Assembly (NCBI GenBank): GCA_003559635.1
Contig: PWKU01000027.1
Span: 1 to 53,708 of the forward strand
DNA from: Candidatus Nealsonbacteria bacterium
Lineage (GTDB): Bacteria; Patescibacteriota; Minisyncoccia; Minisyncoccales; PWPS01
Length of the DNA stretch: 53,708 nt
Direction: 5' to 3'
The notes under the pieces were generated by a model that was not told the origin of the DNA, ran no database searches, and saw only the letters and a program-made list of their open reading frames with translations. The position numbers and the translations under genes were made by a program. Numbering within the stretch: position 1 is the first letter of the stretch; each line of letters opens with the position of its first letter. Of the stretch, positions 28,592 to 37,356 are shown one piece after another.

Positions 28592-28774
28592 ATGAATAAA
28601 TTAACACAGTTTTTAAAAGAAGTAAGGCAAGAAGTAAGGAAAGTAACCTGGCCAACAAAAGAAGAAACTATAAGGTATTCTTTAATGGTTGTTATTGCTT
28701 CTCTTTTGGTTGCCGTCTATCTCGGAGGAATAGACTATGTTGTCGCTGAAGCATTAAAAAGATTTATCCAATAA
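28592..28774 (+). CDS. secE: Preprotein translocase subunit SecE
   Basis: FLKEVRQEVRKVTWPTKEE plus one TM segment; precedes nusG. Confidence 0.96.
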   Translation: MNKLTQFLKEVRQEVRKVTWPTKEETIRYSLMVVIASLLVAVYLGGIDYVVAEALKRFIQ

Positions 28775-28782
28775 ATTTTAGC

Positions 28783-29328
28783 ATGAGTAGACAGGAAGCT
28801 ACACAAGAGAAAAGGTGGTATGTTATTCATACTTATTCAGGGTATGAAGAGGCTGTTGCAAAAAACTTGCAGCAGAGGGTAGACTCTTTTGGGATGAAAG
28901 ATAAAATTTTTGAAGTTATCGTTCCTCGCGAGAAAAAAATTAAAATTAGGGACGGGAAAAGAAAAGAAGTAGAAGAAAAACTTTATCCCGGCTATGTTTT
29001 AGTCCAGATGATTGTTACTGATGAGTCCTGGTATGTAGTGCGTAACACGCCGAATGTTAGCGGCTTTGTTGGCGCGGGCGTTACACCTGTTCCACTTTCG
29101 CAAGGAGAGGTTGATATTTTAATGAAAAGGATAAAGCAAGAAGCTCCCCAGTACAAAATTAATGTGGAAGAAGGGGACAGCGTTAAAATAACCGACGGCC
29201 CGTTCAAGGACTTTGATGGAAAAGTTTCCGGAGTAGATAGAGAAAAAGGAAAAGTAAAGGTTTTGGTAAATATGTTCGGAAGAGATACTTCAGTGGAACT
29301 GGACTCGTTACAAATCAAAAAACTATAA
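28783..29328 (+). CDS. nusG: Transcription termination/antitermination factor NusG
   Basis: WYVIHTYSGYE, YPGYVLV, VRNTPNVSGFVG, KOW DGPFKDFDG. Confidence 0.98.
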   Translation: MSRQEATQEKRWYVIHTYSGYEEAVAKNLQQRVDSFGMKDKIFEVIVPREKKIKIRDGKRKEVEEKLYPGYVLVQMIVTDESWYVVRNTPNVSGFVGAGVTPVPLSQGEVDILMKRIKQEAPQYKINVEEGDSVKITDGPFKDFDGKVSGVDREKGKVKVLVNMFGRDTSVELDSLQIKKL

Positions 29329-29347
29329 AACGTAAAGTTAAGGCATT

Positions 29348-29773
29348 ATGGCTAAAAAAGTAAAAGCGGTAGTAAAGCTACAGATTGAAGCGGGAAAAGC
29401 AACGCCTGCTCCTCCTGTTGGACCGGCACTTGCACAGCATGGTATAAACATGGGTCAATTTTGCTCGGATTTTAACAACAAGACGCAAGATAGAGCGGGA
29501 TCGACCGTTCCTGTTGAGATTATAATCTATGAAGGGGGAACATATGACTTTATATTAAAGGAGCCTCCGGCAGCAGAGTTGATTCTTAAGACGGCGGGTA
29601 TCGAAAAGGGGTCGGGCAATCCTAAAAAGAAGAAAGTAGGCGAGCTTACGAGAGATCAGCTCCGTGAAATCGCGCAAAAGAAAATGCCCGATCTGAATAC
29701 TGATGATATAGATGCAGCAATGAAAATAATTGAAGGAACCGCCAAAAATATGGGCATTAATATTAAAGAATAA
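29348..29773 (+). CDS. rplK: 50S ribosomal protein uL11
   Basis: [37 protein letters not shown]. Confidence 0.98.
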   Translation: MAKKVKAVVKLQIEAGKATPAPPVGPALAQHGINMGQFCSDFNNKTQDRAGSTVPVEIIIYEGGTYDFILKEPPAAELILKTAGIEKGSGNPKKKKVGELTRDQLREIAQKKMPDLNTDDIDAAMKIIEGTAKNMGINIKE

Positions 29774-29780
29774 TTAAAAT

Positions 29781-30254
29781 ATGGAAAGAATTCCTACAGA
29801 TGAATATTTCTTGAAGATTGCTGCTGTAGTGGCGGAACGGTCTACTTGTCGAAGAAGAAAAATAGGTGCTGTCGCGGTGCGTGACAAGCAGATACTTTCT
29901 ACCGGGTATAACGGGGCGCCGGCTGGGATGAAGGATTGCTTGGAGCTGGGTTGTCTAAGAGATGAGAACAATATTCCCTCGGGGAAAATGCACGAAGTTT
30001 GTCGGGCAATTCACGCGGAACAAAATGCGATTATACAAGGATGTTTGCATGGTATCTCTTTGGAAGGTGCAACACTTTATTGCACACACACTCCTTGTGT
30101 TCTTTGTGCAAAAATGCTCATCAATGCGAAAATAAAGCGCTGCGTAAGCTTTAGGGAATACTCTGAAGATACTTTTATTAAACTTTTCAAAGAGACTGGA
30201 ACAGAGTTTGATGTTTTAAAAAAACCAGGCTCAAAAATAAATTTTTTGGATTAA
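29781..30254 (+). CDS. dCMP deaminase (ComEB-like zinc deaminase)
   Basis: RSTC, TGYNGAP, HAEQNA, PCVLC. Confidence 0.92.
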   Translation: MERIPTDEYFLKIAAVVAERSTCRRRKIGAVAVRDKQILSTGYNGAPAGMKDCLELGCLRDENNIPSGKMHEVCRAIHAEQNAIIQGCLHGISLEGATLYCTHTPCVLCAKMLINAKIKRCVSFREYSEDTFIKLFKETGTEFDVLKKPGSKINFLD

Positions 30255-30256
30255 AA

Positions 30257-30808
30257 ATGGCGAAAAAAGTTATTGGCCTTGTCGGGGAGACAGGCTCGGG
30301 AAAAGATACATTTTGTAATATTGCAAAAAAACAATTTTCCTCTGTTTTGCTCCCGCGATTTTCAGAGCCCCTATCAGAAGCATTGGGGCTTTTTTTTGAT
30401 GAAATAAAAAAAGAAGATCAACAGTGGCTGGCAAGCGCTTTAAGGGACCGATTTGGAGAGGATATTTTAATGAAAAGTATTGCCAAAAAAATAGAGAAAG
30501 CGGATGAAGAAATAATCATTCTTAATGGAATAAGAGTTAAAGAAGAATTTGATTTTATTAAGAGTTTGGGAGGGGTTATTGTTTACATTGCCCTTGATCC
30601 CCGAGCAAGGTGGGAGAGGGTGAGAGAAAGGAAAGAAAAAAAAGATGATAATGTTTCTTATGAGGAATTTGTAAAAATCGACAAAGGGAGACCCGAGACT
30701 CAAATTAAAAATTTAGGGGAAGAGGCTGACATTACGATAAAAAATGACAAAAGCATAGAAGATTTGGAAAAAAAAGCAATACAACTAATTGAAAACGTCA
30801 ATGAGTAA
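30257..30808 (+). CDS. P-loop nucleotide monophosphate kinase / dephospho-CoA-kinase-like protein
   Basis: GLVGETGSGKDT, LRDRFGED, NGIR..EE, ADITIKND. Confidence 0.75.
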   Translation: MAKKVIGLVGETGSGKDTFCNIAKKQFSSVLLPRFSEPLSEALGLFFDEIKKEDQQWLASALRDRFGEDILMKSIAKKIEKADEEIIILNGIRVKEEFDFIKSLGGVIVYIALDPRARWERVRERKEKKDDNVSYEEFVKIDKGRPETQIKNLGEEADITIKNDKSIEDLEKKAIQLIENVNE

Positions 30809-31424
30809 AAAAAACAACATAAGGAGAGGTAGGTTTATTGTCTTTGAGGGTCTCGACGGATCTGGCCAATCCACTCAGGCGGAAAGGCTCACGGAACGTC
30901 TAAATAAAAATAAAGTAAAAGCACATCTCACGAAAGAACCAACGAACAATTTAATAGGAGGACTTATCAGGGGGCAGCTTCAGGGTGATTGGAAGAGTAC
31001 TCCAGAATGTTTGCAACTTCTCTTTGCAGCCGACAGAGCTCATCATTTGCAAAGAGAAATTATCCCTTATTTGGAAAAAGGAATATCTGTTGTATGTGAT
31101 AGATACTTCTTTTCCACCATTGCTTTTGGGTCACTAGAGATAGACGATTGGCAGTGGCTTAAAGAAATAAACAAAAGGTTTCTTCTCCCGGACATTGTTT
31201 TTTATCTTAAAACGTCTCCTAAAACGTGCATTAAAAGAATTAGTGATAGCAGATTTAGTTTTGAGCTTTTTGAAAAAGAAAAAAAACTAGAAACAATCAA
31301 GAAAAGTTATGATAGGCTTGCCAAAGAGTATGGCTCTTTTGAAATTGTAGATGGTGAGAAAGGGATTGATGAGGTAGAGGAAGAAATTAATAATAAGGTC
31401 AAAAAAAAGTTAAACTTAATTTAA
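30801..31424 (+). CDS. tmk: Thymidylate kinase
   Basis: FIVFEGLDGSGQST, TKEP, LLFAADRAHH, CDRY, LPD; ATG 30801. Confidence 0.95.
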   Translation: MSKKNNIRRGRFIVFEGLDGSGQSTQAERLTERLNKNKVKAHLTKEPTNNLIGGLIRGQLQGDWKSTPECLQLLFAADRAHHLQREIIPYLEKGISVVCDRYFFSTIAFGSLEIDDWQWLKEINKRFLLPDIVFYLKTSPKTCIKRISDSRFSFELFEKEKKLETIKKSYDRLAKEYGSFEIVDGEKGIDEVEEEINNKVKKKLNLI

Positions 31425-31430
31425 AAGAAT

Positions 31431-32897
31431 ATGTCTGAGCTCAAAAGGAGAATTTACGCCCTTCCCGCCGAGCTTATGCCGGAAGTGAAGGCGGTAACTT
31501 TTGCGAAATGCTCAAGAAGCCCTGAGTCATTTGACGAAATAGCGAAGGAACTCACGGAAGAAAACTCGGCGGATTTTCATGAAAAATGGATTGTCGGCTA
31601 CGGGCATTCGTCCGTCGCGGAGCACGCGGTTCTTTCTTTGGCCATGGAAAATGTTTCGATTCTCGCCACGAAAGTCATAGAAGATACGCGGTTGGCTTCT
31701 TTTACGGAAAAATCGACGAGGTATCAGATTTTTAACAGAGACAAGGTGTACAAGCCTGGTAATGTTTTAAACTCTTCTATGGGTAAGGTATATCAAGATG
31801 CGACTGACCTATTAATGGATGTCTATGAAGAACTCTCCGAACCGATGAGGAAATTTGTTGAAAAAAAATATCCCAGAGAGAAAGATCAAAGCGAGAAATT
31901 GTATAACATGATTTCTAAAGCGAGAGCATGTGATAATATCAGGTATCTTCTCCCAACGGCAATTACAACAAATCTCGGAATGACCATTAATGCCAGGGGA
32001 CTAGAGCACCTGATTAAAAAATTACTTTCTCATGATCTTGAGGAGATGAGAGCTATTGGAGAAGAGATTAAAGAAAAAGGGGTTACCGAGGTTCCAACTC
32101 TAATCCGCTACGCTCAAGAAAATGAATATTTTAAAGAGACAAGAAAAGCACTAAGGAAAACTGGAGAAGAATATGCAATCAATGAGGCGGGAGACAATAC
32201 TGCCGTAAAAATTATCGACTACGACAAGAACGCTGAAGATAAAATAATTACATCACTTTTATATCCTCACGGGCAACTTTCGTATTCTGAAATTATGGAG
32301 AAAGTTATGGGAATGAGCGAAAAAGAGAAAGAAAATGTTCTGGAAGAGTCTCTAAAGAGAAGAGGTAAGTTCGATGCTCCCTTAAGGGAATTTGAGCACA
32401 TATATTATACTTTCGAGATTTTAGTTGATTATGGAGCGTTTCGAGATATTCAGCGCCACAGAATGTGCACTCAGACCAATCAAAACGTTACTACGGTTCA
32501 TGGATACGATATGCCTCCGGAGATAAAAGAAGCCGGTCTTGATGGTAAATTCAGGAAGGCGGTGGAGGAAGCGGCGGCGGCGTTTGAGGAAATATATAAA
32601 GAGTTTCCTCAAGAAGCGCAATATGTGGTTCCTCTTTGTTTCAGAAAAAGGGTTTTAATAACGTGGAACTTGAGGGAGCTTTTTCATTTCATCTCTCTAA
32701 GAAGCGGAAAGAAAGGGCATGCATCCTATAGAAGAATTGCTCAAGAGTGCTGGAGGCAACTGGAAAAAATCCATCCTTTGTTTGCAAAATATATCAATGT
32801 TGATATGGACGATATGGATGCGTCCTGGGCTGCGACTCTTGAAAATAAGGAATACTACTACAATCCTTTTGCCAACCGTAAAAAAGGCAAAAATTGA
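31431..32897 (+). CDS. thyX: FAD-dependent thymidylate synthase ThyX, double-length form
   Basis: GYGHSSVAEH, EKSTRYQ, RYLLP..TNLGMTINAR, second half DIQRHR, NLRELFHFISLR. Confidence 0.9.
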   Translation: MSELKRRIYALPAELMPEVKAVTFAKCSRSPESFDEIAKELTEENSADFHEKWIVGYGHSSVAEHAVLSLAMENVSILATKVIEDTRLASFTEKSTRYQIFNRDKVYKPGNVLNSSMGKVYQDATDLLMDVYEELSEPMRKFVEKKYPREKDQSEKLYNMISKARACDNIRYLLPTAITTNLGMTINARGLEHLIKKLLSHDLEEMRAIGEEIKEKGVTEVPTLIRYAQENEYFKETRKALRKTGEEYAINEAGDNTAVKIIDYDKNAEDKIITSLLYPHGQLSYSEIMEKVMGMSEKEKENVLEESLKRRGKFDAPLREFEHIYYTFEILVDYGAFRDIQRHRMCTQTNQNVTTVHGYDMPPEIKEAGLDGKFRKAVEEAAAAFEEIYKEFPQEAQYVVPLCFRKRVLITWNLRELFHFISLRSGKKGHASYRRIAQECWRQLEKIHPLFAKYINVDMDDMDASWAATLENKEYYYNPFANRKKGKN

Positions 32898-32922
32898 ACT
32901 CACTTTCTCCTTATGCTACTCT
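32894..32922 (+). promoter_or_regulatory. Putative internal promoter for deoC-gatB
   Basis: TTGAAC-17 bp-TACTCT with extended -10 TG. Confidence 0.45.
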
Positions 32923-32962
32923 GTTGTTAGAGTAGGAATTATTAACTAATTTTAAAACCAAT

Positions 32963-33622
32963 ATGAGCATTGCTAAAACAATAGATCATACGAACATCAA
33001 TAATGATGCCACTGAAGAAGATATTAAAAAACTTTGTGACGAGGCGAAAGAATACGGATTTCACGGGGTGTGTGTTAATCCCGAGTGGGTTAATTTTTGT
33101 GCAAAAGAACTTGAAGGAAGCGAAGTAAAAGTAGTGGTTCTTATTGACCCTCCAATGGGACTTAGCTTTCACGAAGAAAGAATAAAAATGTGTGAGAGGG
33201 CAAAAGAGGATGGAGCACAGGAACTGGATATTGTAATGAATATTGTTGACTTAAAATATGATCGTTATGAAAAGATACTTGAAGATTTAAAGCCGGTGTG
33301 CTCTCTTCTGGATACAAAAGTAATTATTGGTTCCGGCTATCTCACGGATAATGAAATAAAAAAAGCGTCGGAGCTTACCAAAGAAGCGGGGGCTATTTGT
33401 GTTAAAACGGCCACTTTCAAAGACCCCCTTGAGGAAAGGGAAGTGGAGGAGAAGGGTTGTCATTTGAAGATTATGAAAGAAGCTGCTCCGGGACTTTTGG
33501 TCAAAGCTTCGGGCAACATCAGAAACTACACTCAGGCGAAGTACATGATAGATTCTGGAGCTGATATAATAGGAACAAGTTCCGGTGTGCAAATAGTAAA
33601 AGATGAGAACCCAAGCAGTTAG
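32963..33622 (+). CDS. deoC: Deoxyribose-phosphate aldolase (divergent)
   Basis: IDHT, VCVNP, GAQELDIVMN, VKTAT (Schiff-base Lys), VKASG, IGTSS. Confidence 0.88.
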   Translation: MSIAKTIDHTNINNDATEEDIKKLCDEAKEYGFHGVCVNPEWVNFCAKELEGSEVKVVVLIDPPMGLSFHEERIKMCERAKEDGAQELDIVMNIVDLKYDRYEKILEDLKPVCSLLDTKVIIGSGYLTDNEIKKASELTKEAGAICVKTATFKDPLEEREVEEKGCHLKIMKEAAPGLLVKASGNIRNYTQAKYMIDSGADIIGTSSGVQIVKDENPSS

Positions 33623-33677
33623 TAAAAAGCGGAGAAATATAAAGGTAATTTTGATTTTTGATTATTGAACAAGATTT

Positions 33678-35147
33678 ATGTATAACCCTGTTATTGGATT
33701 GGAAATCCATACGCAACTGAAAACGGAAGCGAAGATGTTTTGTCCTTGTGTGAATAACCCGGAAGTAAAAGAACCGAATATCTATGTTTGCCCAATATGT
33801 TTGGGTCACCCGGGAACACTTCCGGTAATAAACAAAAAGGCGGTCTCAAAGGTTCTTGAAGCGGGAAAAGCGTTGAATTGCGAACTGAGAGAAGTTTCTC
33901 GATTTGACAGGAAGAGCTATTTTTATCCGGATCTTCCAAAAGGATACCAGATATCACAAGACAGAAGGCCACTTTGCTTTGGTGGGTATTTAAAGATTGA
34001 CGGAAAAAGAATCCGTATCAATCGAATTCACCTGGAAGAAGACACAGGAAGACTTGTTCATGACGATAAAAAAGGACACTCTTTGGTTGACTTCAATAGA
34101 GCAGGAGTTCCTTTGATGGAACTGGTTACCGAGGCCGATATACGCTCCGCCGACGAGGCTCGCAAATTTGCCGAAGAGCTTCGTCTTATATTTCGCTATC
34201 TTGATATCTCTGATGCTAATATGGATTACGGGCAAATGAGAATAGAAGTCAATATTTCTGTTTCACATATGGAAGGAAGAAAGGGGACAAAGGTGGAAGT
34301 TAAAAACCTTAACTCGTTCCGTGCGGTTTCTCTTGCCACGGAGTATGAAGTAAAGAGACAAAAAGACTTACTTGAAAAAGGGGAGAGGATTATTCAGGAA
34401 ACCAGAGGATGGAATGACAAACAGGAAAAAACTTTCAGCCAGAGAGAAAAAGAAGAAGCGCATGATTATCGTTATCTTCCGGAACCCGATCTCCCCCCGC
34501 TTCATCTAAACGAAGAGCCCTTCAAAAAAAATGAATTAAAGATTAGAACGGAATTACCACAGGAAAAAAGAAAGCGCTTTGAGGAGTATTATGATATCAA
34601 GGGGTCAAAAGAAATGGAGGTTTTTATTAACAATAAAGTTTTGGCGGATTATTTTGAAGAAATTGTTCAAGAGGCGGTTAGGAAAAGAAAAAAAGAAGAG
34701 TGGCGTGATAAGCTAGGGACTGAAGAAGAAAAAGAAATTATCCAGATTACAAAAAACTATCTTTTGTCCGATCTTCTCGGGATGCTTGAAGGGCGCTCAA
34801 TAAAGGAAAGTATTATTGAAAAAGAGGATTTTGCGGATTTTGTGATACTTATATACAAAAAAGAGATTTCAAGTAAAATAGCCAAGATTGTTCTTAGAGA
34901 AATGTTCTCTTCCGGGGGAAGTCCTATGAAAATCATAGAAGAAAAGGAACTTTCTCAGATAGACGACCACAGTGAGGTGGAAAAAATTGTTGAGGAGGTT
35001 GTAAAAGAAAATGAGAAAGCGGCAGAAGACTACCGCGGTGGGAAAGAGGAAGCTCTTAAATTTTTAGTGGGGCAAATAATGGCAAAAACAAAAGGAAGAG
35101 CAAATCCCGAAGAGGTGAATGAAATTCTTAAAAATCACCTTCAATAA
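33678..35147 (+). CDS. gatB: Asp/Glu-tRNA amidotransferase subunit B
   Basis: IGLEIH, FDRKSYFYPDLPKGYQISQ, HLEEDTG, DFNRAGVPLME, DYRYLPEPDLP, FLVGQIMAKTKGRANP. Confidence 0.98.
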   Translation: MYNPVIGLEIHTQLKTEAKMFCPCVNNPEVKEPNIYVCPICLGHPGTLPVINKKAVSKVLEAGKALNCELREVSRFDRKSYFYPDLPKGYQISQDRRPLCFGGYLKIDGKRIRINRIHLEEDTGRLVHDDKKGHSLVDFNRAGVPLMELVTEADIRSADEARKFAEELRLIFRYLDISDANMDYGQMRIEVNISVSHMEGRKGTKVEVKNLNSFRAVSLATEYEVKRQKDLLEKGERIIQETRGWNDKQEKTFSQREKEEAHDYRYLPEPDLPPLHLNEEPFKKNELKIRTELPQEKRKRFEEYYDIKGSKEMEVFINNKVLADYFEEIVQEAVRKRKKEEWRDKLGTEEEKEIIQITKNYLLSDLLGMLEGRSIKESIIEKEDFADFVILIYKKEISSKIAKIVLREMFSSGGSPMKIIEEKELSQIDDHSEVEKIVEEVVKENEKAAEDYRGGKEEALKFLVGQIMAKTKGRANPEEVNEILKNHLQ

Positions 35148-35166
35148 AAAAATGGGAAAGGTGTAA

Positions 35167-35199
35167 AAAAATGCCAAAGGTGTCACCTTTGGCATTTTT
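35167..35199. repeat. Distant family A palindrome with a compensatory substitution
   Basis: AAAAATGCCAAAGGTG-T-CACCTTTGGCATTTTT (TGCC/GGCA versus TGTC/GACA). Confidence 0.93.
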
Positions 35200-35213
35200 A
35201 TTTGCGGAAGCTT

Positions 35214-35242
35214 TACTTTCGGAGGCTAAGCCTCCGAAAGTA
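35214..35242. repeat. Perfect palindrome, family C (may also act as bidirectional terminator between gatB and miaA)
   Basis: TACTTTCGGAGGCT-A-AGCCTCCGAAAGTA. Confidence 0.8.
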
Positions 35243-35246
35243 TTCT

Positions 35247-36155
35247 TTAGGGGGAGTTTAAGAAGTTTTGTGTGAGTTTTTCGGCCTCCTTACAAGTTTC
35301 TATCCAGTTTATTCTTCTGTCTTTTTTCCACCATTGCATCTGGTTTTTGCTAAGCCTCCGCGTATCCTTAATAATATTTTCGTACATATCGTTGTAATCT
35401 ATTTTGTTTTGTAAATATTGAGCAACCCACTTGTACTCTAATCCAAATTCTTCCAATCTTTTCCAAGAGACTCCTGACTCTCTTAAGCCTTTTACTTCTT
35501 CAATCATCCCTTGATTTAACCGCTTTTTTAAGCGTTTCTCTATTTTGTTATCAAGTCTTTCTCGGTCTATTTTTATACCCAAAAATAGTGGTTGGTAAGG
35601 GGAGTCTTTTTTAATATTTGGAACGGGTTCTTTTGATTTCTCAACAATTTCAATTGCCCTTACAAGGCGCCTTCTGTTTTTTTTATCGATATTTTTCGCT
35701 CTTTCCGGGTCAAGTTTTTTTAATTTTGCGTATAAATTTTCCGTTGTTTCTTTCTCCAACCTTTTTCTCATTTTCCAGTCGGGAGGGACTTCGGGAATAG
35801 TAATTCCGTCAATGAGAGCTTCTATGTAAAAAGCGGTGCCTCCACAAACGACGGGTATTTTCCCTTTTTTTAATATTTTTTTTACCTTTTCCTCGGAGAG
35901 TTTTTTATAACGGACAACGGTAAATTTTCTTTTCGGGTTGGCAACATCAAGAAGATGATGGGGGACTCCTTTCATCTCCTCTTGTGTTATTTTACCCGAA
36001 CCGATATCCATTCCCCCATAAACCTGCCTTGAATCAGCGGAAACTACCTCTCCACCAAGCCTTAGAGAAAGCTTTACCGCTAGGTCGCTTTTCCCCGAGG
36101 CGGTAGGCCCGAGGATAACAATTATTTTCGGTTTATTTTTCCTCGTAGACCCCAT
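35247..36155 (-). CDS. miaA: tRNA dimethylallyltransferase
   Basis: ILGPTASGKS, SADSRQVY.GMDIG, GVPHHLLD, CGGTAFY. Confidence 0.97.
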   Translation of the reverse strand: MGSTRKNKPKIIVILGPTASGKSDLAVKLSLRLGGEVVSADSRQVYGGMDIGSGKITQEEMKGVPHHLLDVANPKRKFTVVRYKKLSEEKVKKILKKGKIPVVCGGTAFYIEALIDGITIPEVPPDWKMRKRLEKETTENLYAKLKKLDPERAKNIDKKNRRRLVRAIEIVEKSKEPVPNIKKDSPYQPLFLGIKIDRERLDNKIEKRLKKRLNQGMIEEVKGLRESGVSWKRLEEFGLEYKWVAQYLQNKIDYNDMYENIIKDTRRLSKNQMQWWKKDRRINWIETCKEAEKLTQNFLNSP

Positions 36156-37354
36156 GAAGAGCCGTGTGTTATTTTTATATTTTTAAAATCTCCTATAAGA
36201 TCTTTTTTTCCTTCAAAAAGCACATTTTTATATCCTTCTGTTTTTCCAACTAACAGACCATTTTTCTTCTCTCTTAGGATTAATACGCGTAATGTTTTCC
36301 CGACAAGGGACTTATTTTTTTGTAGAACACTTTCTTTCAGGATCTCTTCTATTATCTTCTCTCTTCTCTTTTTTTCTTCGCTCTCTATAGTTTCTTCCAT
36401 TTTGTACGCTGTGGTTTGTGGTCGGGAGGAGTAACGGGCTATATAGGCCATATCAAAGCCTATCTCTCTAAAAAGTTTTACAGTATTGCTGAAATGTTTC
36501 TCCGTTTCTCCGGGGAAGCCGACAATCACATCGGTCGATATTGAAATCTCCGGTATTTCTTTTCTTACTTCTTCAACAATCTCTCTGTATTCTTTTGTTG
36601 TGTACGGGCGGTTCATTTTTTCCAGGACTTTATCATCCCCAGATTGCATGGGTAGATGAAGATATTTGGCAACCTTTTTGTAATTTTTAATGGCGGAGAT
36701 AATATCGCTTGAGAGATCTTTCGGGTGAGACGTGGTAAAGCGTATCCAAAAGTCTCCTCTTATGTTGTTAATTTCTTTCAGAAGAGAAGGGAAATTTATT
36801 CCCCCACTGTATGAGTTAACATTTTGGCCGAGAAGCCATATCTCTTTGTGTCCCAATTTTACCGCAGCCCTTGCCTCTTCTATTATTTCTTTTGAAGGTC
36901 TTGATTTTTCTTTTCCTTTCACGTAAGGAACCACACAATATGAACAAAAATTATCACAGCCGGTGGTAATGGAGAGATAGGCTGTTATGCCGCTCCGTTT
37001 TGGGGGAATTTCGAAAAATGCTCTTTCTTCTTTTTCTTTGAAGTGGGGCAGATTCCAGGATGACGGATCTTGCGGGGGCCAGTAGTAGTCGATAAACGAA
37101 CCCATTCTCTCTTTGTCCTTATCCAAGACACAGCCGGTAAGAATTACCGTTCTATTGGAAGATTTTTTTATGCTCTTAATTTTTGTTTCTATTCTGTCAA
37201 TTGCCGACTGTCTTATGCTACATGAGTTTATTATAATAATTTCAGCATCTTCCTCAGAGGACTCTGTAAAGCCCTTTTCGTCAAAAAAACTAGCGATTCT
37301 CTCGCTGTCATTCTGATTCATTTGACATCCGTATGTAATGATATGGTATTTCAT
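36122..37354 (-). CDS. miaB: tRNA-2-methylthio-N6-dimethylallyladenosine synthase (radical SAM)
   Basis: ITYGCQMN..DSE, NSCSIR, GCDNFCSYCVVP, LLGQNVNSY, RFTTSHP, TDVIVGFPGET, TRAM tail; ATG 37354. Confidence 0.95.
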   Translation of the reverse strand: MKYHIITYGCQMNQNDSERIASFFDEKGFTESSEEDAEIIIINSCSIRQSAIDRIETKIKSIKKSSNRTVILTGCVLDKDKERMGSFIDYYWPPQDPSSWNLPHFKEKEERAFFEIPPKRSGITAYLSITTGCDNFCSYCVVPYVKGKEKSRPSKEIIEEARAAVKLGHKEIWLLGQNVNSYSGGINFPSLLKEINNIRGDFWIRFTTSHPKDLSSDIISAIKNYKKVAKYLHLPMQSGDDKVLEKMNRPYTTKEYREIVEEVRKEIPEISISTDVIVGFPGETEKHFSNTVKLFREIGFDMAYIARYSSRPQTTAYKMEETIESEEKKRREKIIEEILKESVLQKNKSLVGKTLRVLILREKKNGLLVGKTEGYKNVLFEGKKDLIGDFKNIKITHGSSWGLRGKINRK

Positions 37355-37356
37355 GG

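Noticed and set aside
35349..35360. GCTAAGCCTCCG inside miaA matching part of the family C palindrome
   Set aside because: Only 12 bp, not palindromic there, and within normal coding sequence (TRRLS); may be chance.
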